Assembly (NCBI GenBank): GCA_041675085.1
Contig: JBAYUN010000002.1
Location: 79,967 to 143,966 of the forward strand
Length of the DNA: 64,000 nucleotides
Direction: 5' to 3'
Origin: Minisyncoccota bacterium
GTDB taxonomy: Bacteria; Patescibacteriota; Minisyncoccia; Phycocordibacterales; UBA9973
Translations under genes and position numbers: made by a program
Notes under the pieces: model-generated
What the model saw: the letters and a program-made list of their open reading frames with translations, nothing else
Database searches by the model: none
Told to the model about the DNA's origin: nothing
Shown here: positions 11,305-20,259 of the stretch, in pieces
Layout of the letters: every line of letters begins with the position of its first letter
How positions within the stretch are numbered: the stretch's first letter is position 1

Positions 11305-12906
11305 TTATTCACCAACAGCAACACCAGAGTCTTGAGCTTGAGCATTAAACCAATACTGCAACTTGTCTTCATTGGTTTGATATTTCATATTAGGAATACT
11401 AGAGACAGCTTTTAAAGCATTTTTACTGTAATCATCTAATTTAAGAGTCACAAAAGAAGCAGCACTAGCACTAGGTCCCATTTTTGGATTAAAAAGTTTT
11501 AATAAAATATTAACCTTTTTCTCTTTTGCTAATTCTAAAACCTTGGCTATTTGTTGATCATAACTATCAGAATCCAAAGTATTATCTGGTTCATCGGTTA
11601 TAACAATAATATCTTTCCCAATACTACTTTCATCTAAAGATACTAGAGCCTTTTCTAAGGTCTGCAGATGAGCCTCGTTATTCCCTCCCTCAAGAGTCAG
11701 GGTCTTAATTTTACTATCAGTATTTTTATTTATCTTTTCTATAATCTTAGAAGCATACTCAGAATCATTTTCCATTGACTTTGATTTGTCCAATATAACG
11801 AAGGCTGCGTTTAAATATTCTTTTTCTTCAGGAGATATCTCCATCTTTTCAGCTTTGTTTATTATTTTCTTAACCACCTCTAAAGACATGCCTTGATTCA
11901 AATCAATTTCTTTTTGCTTTTCAAGATCAGTCATATTGTCTATTTCTTCTTGAGAGAATTTATCAGACAACGCAACTCCTTTAGACATAGATTCTATTTC
12001 AAGATTTTGCAAATAATCTTCTCCATACTTTTCTTTTATAATTTTTTTCAATAAAGCTAAACCTGCTTGCTCTCTGGCTTTAGCAATTTGAGTATTTTTA
12101 TCCCCGTCAGGATTCTCTACAGATATATCTCCCCACTTTCTATCTACAGAATACGTACCCAAAACACGGATACTAGAATTCTCTAAGTCATTAATAGAAT
12201 CCAAGAAATCACGCACAGACTGTTCTGCTTTTAATTCTGCGTCTTTGTCTACGTATTCCACTGTACCTGTTTTGAAAAAAGAAGAAATATTTATTTTCTT
12301 TGTATTATTATCTGGACCGTCGATAGACTCATTGTCTTGATTTTTCTTTAATAAGTTATTGTCTAAGACTGCACCTATTTTATATTTATTTCCATCAGGA
12401 CCTTCTAATACTGTACCTGGTGCCAATTTACCTGCCTTCACTAAATCATAATTTTTAGAAACCCATTTCTCCATATTTTTCTTTCTCACTTCTTCTAAAT
12501 CATTCATAGCAAGCTTGTCTCCATTCTTGTCGAAAGTTTGAGTTGTTTGCCCCACAGCTTCGCTAGTACCAGCAAGCATAATACCTGCCATAGTTACAGC
12601 TTTGGCAGTATTCTTAATATAGTTTTTTAGTTTATCTAAAGCAGTAAGTTTAGTTTTTAAAGCAGGGATATTTTCTACAGTCTCGGGAGGTAAGCCAAGT
12701 TCTAAGCGAACTTCGTTGGTTTGCTCTACGTGTTTTTTTATCTCCCCTTCTAGTCCTACTATCTGCTCTTCAATTTTATTTATATCTGCAATATTTTCAG
12801 TCGGAGAACTTAATTCTACTTGTTCTATATTTTCGCTCTGAGATTTTTCTGGAGTAATCACACCATCTTCATTAGAATCTTTTTTATCAAAATTTGTTGT
12901 TTCCAT
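11305..12906 (-). CDS. Hypothetical membrane-associated protein with possible OmpA-like and C-terminal VWA-like domains
   Basis: Coiled-coil N-terminus, internal hydrophobic stretch, VILDKSKSM (DxSxS) and IIVITDE. Confidence 0.55.
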   Translation of the reverse strand: METTNFDKKDSNEDGVITPEKSQSENIEQVELSSPTENIADINKIEEQIVGLEGEIKKHVEQTNEVRLELGLPPETVENIPALKTKLTALDKLKNYIKNTAKAVTMAGIMLAGTSEAVGQTTQTFDKNGDKLAMNDLEEVRKKNMEKWVSKNYDLVKAGKLAPGTVLEGPDGNKYKIGAVLDNNLLKKNQDNESIDGPDNNTKKINISSFFKTGTVEYVDKDAELKAEQSVRDFLDSINDLENSSIRVLGTYSVDRKWGDISVENPDGDKNTQIAKAREQAGLALLKKIIKEKYGEDYLQNLEIESMSKGVALSDKFSQEEIDNMTDLEKQKEIDLNQGMSLEVVKKIINKAEKMEISPEEKEYLNAAFVILDKSKSMENDSEYASKIIEKINKNTDSKIKTLTLEGGNNEAHLQTLEKALVSLDESSIGKDIIVITDEPDNTLDSDSYDQQIAKVLELAKEKKVNILLKLFNPKMGPSASAASFVTLKLDDYSKNALKAVSSIPNMKYQTNEDKLQYWFNAQAQDSGVAVGE

Positions 12907-12974
12907 ACACTAATAGTAACACAATAAGATAAAAACAATAGTATCAAAGAGAGCTCTAATTAATTTGCTTATTC

Positions 12975-13060
12975 TGGTGCGCAGGAGAGGATTTGAACCT
13001 CCACGCCCTTACGGGCACTACCACCTCAAGGTAGCTTGGCTACCGTTACAACACCTGCGC
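12975..13060 (-). tRNA. tRNA-Leu(GAG)
   Basis: GCGCAGG/CCTGCGC acceptor, CTACC-TTGAGGT-GGTAG anticodon arm, long variable arm, GGTTCAAATCC, encoded CCA. Confidence 0.95.
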
Positions 13061-13062
13061 TT

Positions 13063-13737
13063 TTATTGATATTTGCTTTGCTGTAATTCTTCTACTTTTA
13101 AAGCTTTTTCTATTTTGAGCTTTTTACGAGACAAGCAAATAACATTAGGATTATAGTACATTTTCTTTATAATTTCTAGTGCTTCTTTTTTGGCGTATTT
13201 TAATTGATAAGTCACCCGTTGACCATCCTGTGTTACATGTCCGATTATTCCAACTTTCTTTTTAAGTTCTGCTCTTAACCAATCAATATGTTTTTTGCTC
13301 GCAGAGACAAATTCAATATAAAACATATGGCTCGATCGCCATCTCGGATCCCAATATGAGTAAAAACATCCGTCACCATCAAAACAACCACGCAAAAAAT
13401 CAAAAAAATATTCTTCAGGAATTTTTATTTTCCCTATGGTTTTAGATTTTGCTGGAGTTAATCCAATAGATAATAAAAAATCATAAAAAATTCTATTTTT
13501 AAATTGTATTCTAAAACAAATATCCCCAGTACTATTTAATTTAGTTCCTATTTTAAATTCCACTCCAACTGACTTTGAAAAATTATTTAATTGCTCTTTA
13601 TCTTTAGAGGTTAAATCTATTAGTAAAGTATCTTTAGACAAACAACCATCTGTCACCAATAATCCTACAGCGTAAGCTAAATTTGGATTCCATTCTTCTT
13701 TAATAATTCTTTTTGGTTTAGGTCCCCTTTTCCCCAT
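13063..13737 (-). CDS. Free-standing double-motif LAGLIDADG endonuclease-like protein
   Basis: LAYAVGLLVTDG and FLRGCFDGDG motifs; start set at ATG 13737, 6 nt after TATAAT. Confidence 0.88.
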   Translation of the reverse strand: MGKRGPKPKRIIKEEWNPNLAYAVGLLVTDGCLSKDTLLIDLTSKDKEQLNNFSKSVGVEFKIGTKLNSTGDICFRIQFKNRIFYDFLLSIGLTPAKSKTIGKIKIPEEYFFDFLRGCFDGDGCFYSYWDPRWRSSHMFYIEFVSASKKHIDWLRAELKKKVGIIGHVTQDGQRVTYQLKYAKKEALEIIKKMYYNPNVICLSRKKLKIEKALKVEELQQSKYQ

Positions 13738-13786
13738 ATTTATATTATATAATCTCAAAGGAATAGCGTCTACTAATTATTAAACA

Positions 13787-13822
13787 AAAAAATAAAACTC
13801 CAATTCTGAAGTTTTATTTTTT
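13787..13822. terminator. Intrinsic terminator after rplS
   Basis: aaaaaataaaact/agttttatttttt inverted repeat. Confidence 0.6.
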
Positions 13823-13834
13823 GAATATTTAATA

Positions 13835-14305
13835 TTATTCTGTTGCATTTTCTGTAACCTCTGTAGCTTCTGCTACTTCTTCGTCTTTTTCTTCTTCTAG
13901 ATTTTTATCAACAGCCACAGCTCTTAATCTCTTTCTAACATCCTTAACTGCTTTTGTACGGATATAATATAGTTTTGAACGTCTTGCACTAGCTCTCTTT
14001 GTGATTTCGATCTTTTCAATAGTTGGAGCAAATAACGGGAAAATTCTTTCTACTCCTACTCCAGAAGCAACTTTACGAACTGTAAAAGTAGCTCCTATCT
14101 CTGTGCCATGCTTACGAGCAAGGACAAGTCCTTCAAAAGCTTGGACACGGTATTTAATAATAGATTCACCTTTCTTTTTACCTTCTTTTTGTTCAGCAAT
14201 CTTATATGAAACACGTACAGTGTCCCCCGCTTTAAAATCAAGCTTTTTTCGAGCTGCTACATCAACTGTGGTAAGTTTTATTTTGTTTGTTACATTTCCT
14301 GCCAT
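13835..14305 (-). CDS. rplS: 50S ribosomal protein L19
   Basis: GDTVRV, QAFEG, TFTVRK, GVERIFP, RRSKLYYIR. Confidence 0.96.
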   Translation of the reverse strand: MAGNVTNKIKLTTVDVAARKKLDFKAGDTVRVSYKIAEQKEGKKKGESIIKYRVQAFEGLVLARKHGTEIGATFTVRKVASGVGVERIFPLFAPTIEKIEITKRASARRSKLYYIRTKAVKDVRKRLRAVAVDKNLEEEKDEEVAEATEVTENATE

Positions 14306-14436
14306 AATGTCCTTTACTTTAGCATAAATCATTTCTAAAGGCAAACATATAAACCAATATACATATTTGACTTAAAATCCTATTAATTATACTATCAAAA
14401 TGAAATATAGTTTTTTAACAATCAAATACATGTAAT

Positions 14437-15144
14437 ATGGCGACCTTAGCGAGCAAAAAATCTCAAGTAATTTCTTTAGAATTTCAAAAAACCATTAAAG
14501 GTACAAATGATTTATTAACTTTTTCTGGATTATACACAGAAGAAATGAAAAAAATCATAAAAAAGTTACAAGCAAATGAAGGAAAAACAATTCGTTTGTT
14601 TTTTACTAGAATTTCAAAAAATTGTCTTATGGAGGATTTAGGAGATTTTTTTGGAATACCCAATAACATAACAGAAAAAAGTTTTGATTTTACAAGTGGT
14701 AGAATAATTTCGTTAAAAATGTATTCAGACAATGATTTTATAAATCACATAAGGTTTGATAATATTTTAGGAGTTATACCTTCTTTAGGAATAATACGAT
14801 CAGACCAAATAATTGAAACCAGAAACACAGAATTAGCTCAAAAATATTTTTCGTTTAAAGAAGACGTTATTCAAACTTTAAAAACCTTTATTGAAAAACA
14901 CAAGGATCACCATATAAAAATTTTTCTTTCAAATAATTATGTTATAGAAGGAGAGGTTTTAGAAATTAACAAGTCCAATCTACTAATTTTAATGAGTAGA
15001 AAAAGGACTGAAGATTTTAATACTGTAATACTTGGTGTGAGCAACGAGAACGTTTATTTTATTGAAAAAGATTATTTTATAAAAAAAATATTAATTTTCC
15101 CAAGCAAGGAGACCTTCGGTCTACATGACGATGGCGGCTACTAA
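14437..15144 (+). CDS. Hypothetical protein, counter-oriented islet
   Basis: 235-aa ORF; upstream TTGACT-17-TACTAT promoter; downstream agagcg/cgctct terminator. Confidence 0.65.
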   Translation: MATLASKKSQVISLEFQKTIKGTNDLLTFSGLYTEEMKKIIKKLQANEGKTIRLFFTRISKNCLMEDLGDFFGIPNNITEKSFDFTSGRIISLKMYSDNDFINHIRFDNILGVIPSLGIIRSDQIIETRNTELAQKYFSFKEDVIQTLKTFIEKHKDHHIKIFLSNNYVIEGEVLEINKSNLLILMSRKRTEDFNTVILGVSNENVYFIEKDYFIKKILIFPSKETFGLHDDGGY

Positions 15145-15187
15145 AACTCACAACACAAAGAGCGAATCTATAATAGAAACGCTCTTT

Positions 15188-15904
15188 TTATTTTAATAAA
15201 TTCTCAAATTCTAAAGGCAACTCGGATTCTACTTTCATAATATCTCCTTTGAGATTTTTAAATTTTATAGATTTAGCATGAAGCATCATTCTATCTATAT
15301 CTTTCATCTTCAAGCCGTCAGGGTTATATAGAGAGTCCCCTACTACAGGATGATTTAAGTATTTCATATGGACCCTTATCTGATGAGTGCGACCTGTCTT
15401 TGGACGGACTTCGAGATAAGTAAATTTATTGCCTTTTCGGTCTTCAATCTTTTTCAAAACTGTGTATTCGGTAATAGCTTCACGCAATTCCCCTCTCGCT
15501 CCTCTCCCTGCCAAACGACGACGAAAATCAGTCGGGCTTCTACCTATCTCTTTATTGATAGTACCCCTATCTTCTTTAAAAGTTCCTATGACTAGAGTAT
15601 TGTAAACTTTACGGACTTCTCTATTTTTAAATTGCTCTTTCAGAGAATCAAAACTTTTTTTATTTTTAGCCAATATTAAAACTCCCGAAGTGTCACGGTC
15701 GAGTCTATGCACTATCCCCGGACGAGGTATTTCTTTTTCTTCGAACATTTTAGGTTCTCCTACACCCGCCATTTTAGGATAATTTTTCAATATCCAATCT
15801 ACTAGAGTTTTACTCTTGATTCGGCCGTCAGAGTGCACAGCTAAACCGACTGGCTTATCTATAGCAAGGATGTCTTTATCTTCATAGAGTATTTTTATTT
15901 TCAT
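15188..15904 (-). CDS. RluA/RluD family pseudouridine synthase
   Basis: HRLDRDTSG, TGRTHQIRVH, GDSLY, LHA. Confidence 0.95.
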   Translation of the reverse strand: MKIKILYEDKDILAIDKPVGLAVHSDGRIKSKTLVDWILKNYPKMAGVGEPKMFEEKEIPRPGIVHRLDRDTSGVLILAKNKKSFDSLKEQFKNREVRKVYNTLVIGTFKEDRGTINKEIGRSPTDFRRRLAGRGARGELREAITEYTVLKKIEDRKGNKFTYLEVRPKTGRTHQIRVHMKYLNHPVVGDSLYNPDGLKMKDIDRMMLHAKSIKFKNLKGDIMKVESELPLEFENLLK

Positions 15905-15912
15905 AAATTGTG

Positions 15913-15926
15913 TGCCTGGGGCAGGA
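15913..15926 (-). pseudogene. Isolated tRNA 3' stub (3' T-stem strand plus acceptor strand)
   Basis: TCCTGCCCCAGGCA followed by CA, same ending style as the adjacent tRNAs; no 5' part. Confidence 0.5.
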
Positions 15927-15940
15927 TATCTTTCCTTATG

Positions 15941-16012
15941 TGCCTTCGGTAGGAATCGAACCTACATCAAAGCCTTAGAAGAGCTCTGTTCTATCCATTG
16001 AACTACGAAGGC
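15941..16012 (-). tRNA. tRNA-Arg(UCU)
   Basis: GCCTTCG/CGAAGGC acceptor, GAGCT-CTTCTAA-GGCTT, GGTTCGATTCC. Confidence 0.95.
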
Positions 16013-16016
16013 AATG

Positions 16017-16089
16017 TGCGCGATACAGGACTCGAACCTGTGACCTTCCCGGTGTAAACGGGTTGCTCTACCAACTGAGCTAACCGCGC
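16017..16089 (-). tRNA. tRNA-Val(UAC)
   Basis: GCGCGGT/ATCGCGC acceptor, CCCG-TTTACAC-CGGG, GGTTCGAGTCC. Confidence 0.95.
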
Positions 16090-16121
16090 ATTAAAACAAG
16101 CACTAACTTAAATTAGCATTT

Positions 16122-16445
16122 TTAAAGCGATGGGTCAATAATCAAAGTTTCACTATCCAATATTTTAGCAGAATTTGCTTGTTTTTGATCAAAGTACTCA
16201 ATGATATTTTTTATCTTATTTCTCTGATTTGTACCTACAGAATTCTGATCATTCTCTGTATTTACGGCTAAATCTTTGGTTAAATTTTGAAATGTAAAAT
16301 AACCAAACACAGCTCCACCCAAAAATATTAAAAAAAATATAGACAACAATACATTCCAAAATTTATTTGGATCAATTTGGTTGTTTTCTTTTTTGAAAAC
16401 TTTTTTTGATTTAAATTTTTGTAAAAAATTAATATTTAAATTCAT
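16122..16445 (-). CDS. Single-pass membrane protein ending the pilMNO operon
   Basis: One TM helix, C-terminal DPSL; operon position. Confidence 0.6.
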   Translation of the reverse strand: MNLNINFLQKFKSKKVFKKENNQIDPNKFWNVLLSIFFLIFLGGAVFGYFTFQNLTKDLAVNTENDQNSVGTNQRNKIKNIIEYFDQKQANSAKILDSETLIIDPSL

Positions 16446-16448
16446 AAA

Positions 16449-17000
16449 TTAATTCGCTAAAAAGCTAAGTACTTTTAATTTAAAATCTGCTCGCCATTTA
16501 GGAGATTCTCCTATACCTGAAATATCCCCTTCAGATTCTCTAAAGAATTTAGCAGAAACTACATCTAGTTCATATTTAGAATTTTCAAGCAACAGTAAAA
16601 ATTTGTAAACAGAATTAAAACTTCCACCAATATGTAATGCAATCGAGAAATTTTTTGTCTTATCATTCGGTACTTCAACAAAAGTTACTTCAGCTCTAGC
16701 CCCAACAGAAGTAGCTAATTCTTCCAAAGAACTTAAATACAATGCAACTTGTTCGTCTTTTTGATTTTCATTAATAAAATGAGAATCCAATATTGCTATC
16801 TCTGTATCTATTTCTGATATGGCTTTATTCAAAGACTGTATCTCTTCCCTTCTATCTTCTTCGGCTTTATAATCGTTGGTCAATTGCTCGTAAGCCCCAT
16901 GATTCATATTTATCCCTCGATACAAAAAGAATAGTCCTAAAGACATAGATACTAGAAACAATCCCGAGAATATTAAACTTTTGACATAAACTTTTTTCAT
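16449..17000 (-). CDS. pilO: PilO-like protein
   Basis: N-terminal TM, coiled coil, GSF..VYKFLLLLEN motif. Confidence 0.7.
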   Translation of the reverse strand: MKKVYVKSLIFSGLFLVSMSLGLFFLYRGINMNHGAYEQLTNDYKAEEDRREEIQSLNKAISEIDTEIAILDSHFINENQKDEQVALYLSSLEELATSVGARAEVTFVEVPNDKTKNFSIALHIGGSFNSVYKFLLLLENSKYELDVVSAKFFRESEGDISGIGESPKWRADFKLKVLSFLAN

Positions 17001-17001
17001 A

Positions 17002-17550
17002 TTAATTAGGAGTTAGGATTAAGTTAAATTGGATATTGGTTGATTTGATAAAATTCGAAATAGGCAGATCAACTTTTTTAAAGTCCGCATCTCTGTCGAA
17101 ACTATTCTTAAACGCCAAAAGGTCGTCACGAGTCAAAGCCGAGCCTCTCACTTCCAAGGTCATACTTTTTGTCTCATCATTTAGATAATTCATCTCAGTA
17201 ACTTTAATACCACTTGTTAACTTTGCATCAATTTTATTGATAACTCTTTCTGAGACCAAGAATTTATCTTTTTGTGAATTTTCTACCAAGTTTAATTTGT
17301 TCTCTAAATCTTTTATCAAATTCTCAGCTCCTTGTTCGAATTCTATCGGAGGATTATCTTTCTGCGCACCCAATTGACCCACAGCAATATCTCTCTCAAG
17401 AGAAGAATAAAAAAAAGAAGGCAAAAGCAAAATAGCAGACAATAACACCCCTACCCCGAGCACCACAAAAGTCACGATCACAAATCGAATATAAAATACT
17501 TTTCTGATTACTTTTTTTTCTTCACTTGGTATTAAATTAATCATGTTCAA
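17002..17550 (-). CDS. pilN: PilN-like protein
   Basis: N-terminal INLIP motif, TM, downstream of pilM. Confidence 0.8.
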   Translation of the reverse strand: MNMINLIPSEEKKVIRKVFYIRFVIVTFVVLGVGVLLSAILLLPSFFYSSLERDIAVGQLGAQKDNPPIEFEQGAENLIKDLENKLNLVENSQKDKFLVSERVINKIDAKLTSGIKVTEMNYLNDETKSMTLEVRGSALTRDDLLAFKNSFDRDADFKKVDLPISNFIKSTNIQFNLILTPN

Positions 17551-18625
17551 AGTCTCTTAATGATAAACCTATAGCGGTCGCAAAAGACAAAGCTTTCCTC
17601 GAAGGTATAGAAGGTATGTGCATTTTTAGGTCGCAAATATTACTCCAGACATTCGCTATCTCAACTTCTGTTTTCATACTGACTGCAAAATAATCCGCCA
17701 ATCCTATAATACTAGAATTCCCACCACAAAGCAGGATTTTCTTAATAGGAGGATTACGGACGCCGTCTTCGTCTTCGTGAGTATGCCAATACATAAAATT
17801 CTTTTGAATCTCATCTCTTAAGATAGATGCTCCGTTTAGTAGAATAGGGAAAATTTCTTTATTCTCTAGATTTCTCTGCAAGCCGTAAGTGATTTTAATT
17901 TTCTCAGCTTCTTCAAAAGAAATATTTAAATTCTTTTGTATCATTTCGCTAAAAGTCACTCCACCGAAATCCACGGTAGAAGTAAACATAACAATACCTC
18001 CAGACACGATAAAAATCCCAGTTCTCCTCTCTCCGAAATCAATAATCATATAAGTATCTTTATCCTCTTTTTTGATTATAGAACGAGCGATAGCTTGAGC
18101 TTCGAGCTCAAAAGAATGCACATTAATAGCACAATTCTCAAATACAGCTAGATAGTCTTCGATAATATTTACCTGTATTGCTCCTACTTGGAGGATCAAT
18201 TTATGCTCTGTTTCCTCTAAAATATCATAATCAAAAATAGCCTCCGAAGCAGGTATCGGGATATGTTCTTCTAATACTAGCTCGATACTTTCTTTGACAT
18301 TAGAGATGCTCTCTTTGTCCAATTTTAATTTAAAAAGATAAATCTGATTTTCCAAGATAGACACACGTACGTCTTTTATTTTAACTTCCTTTTTTAAATC
18401 TAAAATAATTTCTTCTAGTTTTTCTTTATCGATTATTTTGCCGAGTTCTACGACTCCATTAGGTATTTTCTTTTCTCCATACTTTCTAGTCTGAATACCG
18501 TTCTTGCTAGAAACTAGCTCCATATATTTTATAGAATCATCTGAAATATCCAAACCAAAAGAAGGCATCTCTAAATAAATTGGTGTAGAAAATATTTTAT
18601 TTGCTTTATGAGTACTTCGTAACAT
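17537..18625 (-). CDS. pilM: Type IV pilus assembly protein PilM
   Basis: FGLDISD, IDFG, LCGG, AIGLSLR actin-like motifs. Confidence 0.9.
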   Translation of the reverse strand: MLRSTHKANKIFSTPIYLEMPSFGLDISDDSIKYMELVSSKNGIQTRKYGEKKIPNGVVELGKIIDKEKLEEIILDLKKEVKIKDVRVSILENQIYLFKLKLDKESISNVKESIELVLEEHIPIPASEAIFDYDILEETEHKLILQVGAIQVNIIEDYLAVFENCAINVHSFELEAQAIARSIIKKEDKDTYMIIDFGERRTGIFIVSGGIVMFTSTVDFGGVTFSEMIQKNLNISFEEAEKIKITYGLQRNLENKEIFPILLNGASILRDEIQKNFMYWHTHEDEDGVRNPPIKKILLCGGNSSIIGLADYFAVSMKTEVEIANVWSNICDLKMHIPSIPSRKALSFATAIGLSLRDFEHD

Positions 18626-18677
18626 TACAAATATATTATACTATAAAATATATTTTTTCTGCTATTCTTTTTTAGAA

Positions 18678-19058
18678 TTATTTAGCTTTTATTCCTTCTT
18701 GAATATTTTGATCTGGATAAAGTAGAGAAAAACTTCCGTCACTAGACGAGACAGCCAATATCATGCCGTTACTCTCAAGTCCGCGAATACTTCTAGGAGC
18801 GAGATTAGTAACAAACATGACTTTTTTATTCACGAGTACACTATAGTCTTCGAAATAAAGAGCTATCCCTGAGACTATCTGTCGTACATCTTCGGATACA
18901 GTTTCTATCTCATTCCCCTCTTCGTCTTTTTCTACTTTTTTTATTTCTCCAAAAGAAACAGAAAGTTTCAACAACTTATCCGCGTCTTCTACTTTTTCTA
19001 CTGTTAAAATTTTCCCCACTTTCAATTCTACTTTCAGAAAATCATCTATATTAATCAT
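18678..19058 (-). CDS. Stand-alone tRNA-binding OB domain (MetRS C-terminal/Trbp111/CsaA-like)
   Basis: DFLKVELKVG, ADKLL, RQIVSGI, NLAPR, SNGMIL. Confidence 0.9.
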   Translation of the reverse strand: MINIDDFLKVELKVGKILTVEKVEDADKLLKLSVSFGEIKKVEKDEEGNEIETVSEDVRQIVSGIALYFEDYSVLVNKKVMFVTNLAPRSIRGLESNGMILAVSSSDGSFSLLYPDQNIQEGIKAK

Positions 19059-19074
19059 TTTATTTTTATGTATT

Positions 19075-19506
19075 TTATTTATTAATTTGTAAATTTCTTT
19101 TTTCTAAATATCTTTGCAAGATTATCGCCGCCGCTTTTGCATCTAGATTCTCTACTTTCCCAAAAGAAGCCGTACGAGCATTATTCCTCTCTTTGCCCAT
19201 ACGTCCATGAGCCTCAAAAGAAGTAAAAAATTCTTTTTCTTTGTGGATTTTCCCTTGCCAGACTTTTCCTAAATCCAAAATAAAATCATCAACCTTCTCA
19301 GCCAGAGAATTATTCTCTCCATTCTGATTCAGAGACTCACCAAAGACTATTTCTTCGATTTGCTCAGTATTTAAGATATTTAAAATTTTAGAAATAATAT
19401 TTTTGTCATTCGGGAGCACTTCTCGAGGAGAAGCCAAAGTAGCATTCTCGTCAGAAATAGCAATTCCTATTCTTTTTGTCCCATAATCTACCCCTAAAAT
19501 CTTCAT
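19075..19506 (-). CDS. yqgF: YqgF/RuvX family nuclease
   Basis: LGVDYGTKRIGIAISD, EFFTS, DAKAAAIILQ. Confidence 0.92.
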   Translation of the reverse strand: MKILGVDYGTKRIGIAISDENATLASPREVLPNDKNIISKILNILNTEQIEEIVFGESLNQNGENNSLAEKVDDFILDLGKVWQGKIHKEKEFFTSFEAHGRMGKERNNARTASFGKVENLDAKAAAIILQRYLEKRNLQINK

Positions 19507-19552
19507 AATTAAGATACTAGCATAAAACCATTAACTTTGATATAATCCATGC

Positions 19553-19825
19553 ATGGATTTAATAAATGATTTATTTTTTGATAGCACAGCCCTAGGTATT
19601 ATTTTATTTACTATATTTATTATTTGGGTTTTATTCTGGAAAATATATTCAGTTTGGTTTGCTGCTAAAAGTAACAACAAAATCTGGTTTGTGATTTTAC
19701 TAGTGTTTAACACTTTTGGTATTTTGGACATAATATACGTATTTGGAGTACTAAAGAAAACCATACCTGAGGTTAAAAATGATATTTCAAAAACTTTTCA
19801 TAAAATTAAAAATAAATTAAAGTAA
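19553..19825 (+). CDS. Small membrane protein (DUF5652-like)
   Basis: W..FWK...W.AAK, WF...L..NT.GIL.I.Y pattern. Confidence 0.7.
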   Translation: MDLINDLFFDSTALGIILFTIFIIWVLFWKIYSVWFAAKSNNKIWFVILLVFNTFGILDIIYVFGVLKKTIPEVKNDISKTFHKIKNKLK

Positions 19826-19946
19826 ATAATTCTTATTCAAATTTATTTTTGTTTTCTGACTAAAACTTGAAAAAAATACAAAAATACAGTAAAGTCTAAT
19901 AAGTTCTTGGAAAAGTATAGTCATGCCAATAAATAGCTTTTAAATC

Positions 19947-20044
19947 AGAGGCGTAGCATAGTATTTAGTGTAATGGCTTAATTATTGGTAATAAGTTGAA
20001 AATAGAATAAACTTAGAGGCATAGCATGGTATTTAGTGTAATGG
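19947..20044 (+). repeat. Two degenerate copies of the tRNA-Ser 5' end (19947-19976 and 20015-20044)
   Basis: AGAGGCRTAGCATRGTATTTAGTGTAATGG twice, versus tRNA GGAGGCGTCGCATAGTGGTTTAGTG. Confidence 0.85.
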
Positions 20045-20085
20045 ATTGCCTCTAGATATTAGAGTGGTATTGAAAAATAAATAAT

Positions 20086-20170
20086 GGAGGCGTCGCATAG
20101 TGGTTTAGTGCACCTGTCTTGAAAACAGGAGTATCGCAAGGTACCGTGAGTTCGAATCTCACCGCCTCCG
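20086..20170 (+). tRNA. tRNA-Ser(UGA)
   Basis: GGAGGCG/CGCCTCC acceptor, CCTGT-CTTGAAA-ACAGG, long variable arm, G discriminator. Confidence 0.95.
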
Positions 20171-20172
20171 CA

Positions 20173-20206
20173 AATTAAAAAGAGCCTAATTAGGCTCTTT
20201 TTAATT
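20173..20206 (+). terminator. Intrinsic terminator after tRNA-Ser
   Basis: aattaaaaagagcct aatt aggctctttttaatt perfect palindrome. Confidence 0.85.
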
Positions 20207-20259
20207 GAGCAAGTTAACCATAGTACTCAAATACACAAATTTAAGTTAATATTATAGAT

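Noticed and set aside
19947-20110. CRISPR array (30-nt repeats with 38-41-nt spacers)
   Set aside because: Only two imperfect repeats, derived from tRNA-Ser; spacers share a tail; no cas genes in the window.
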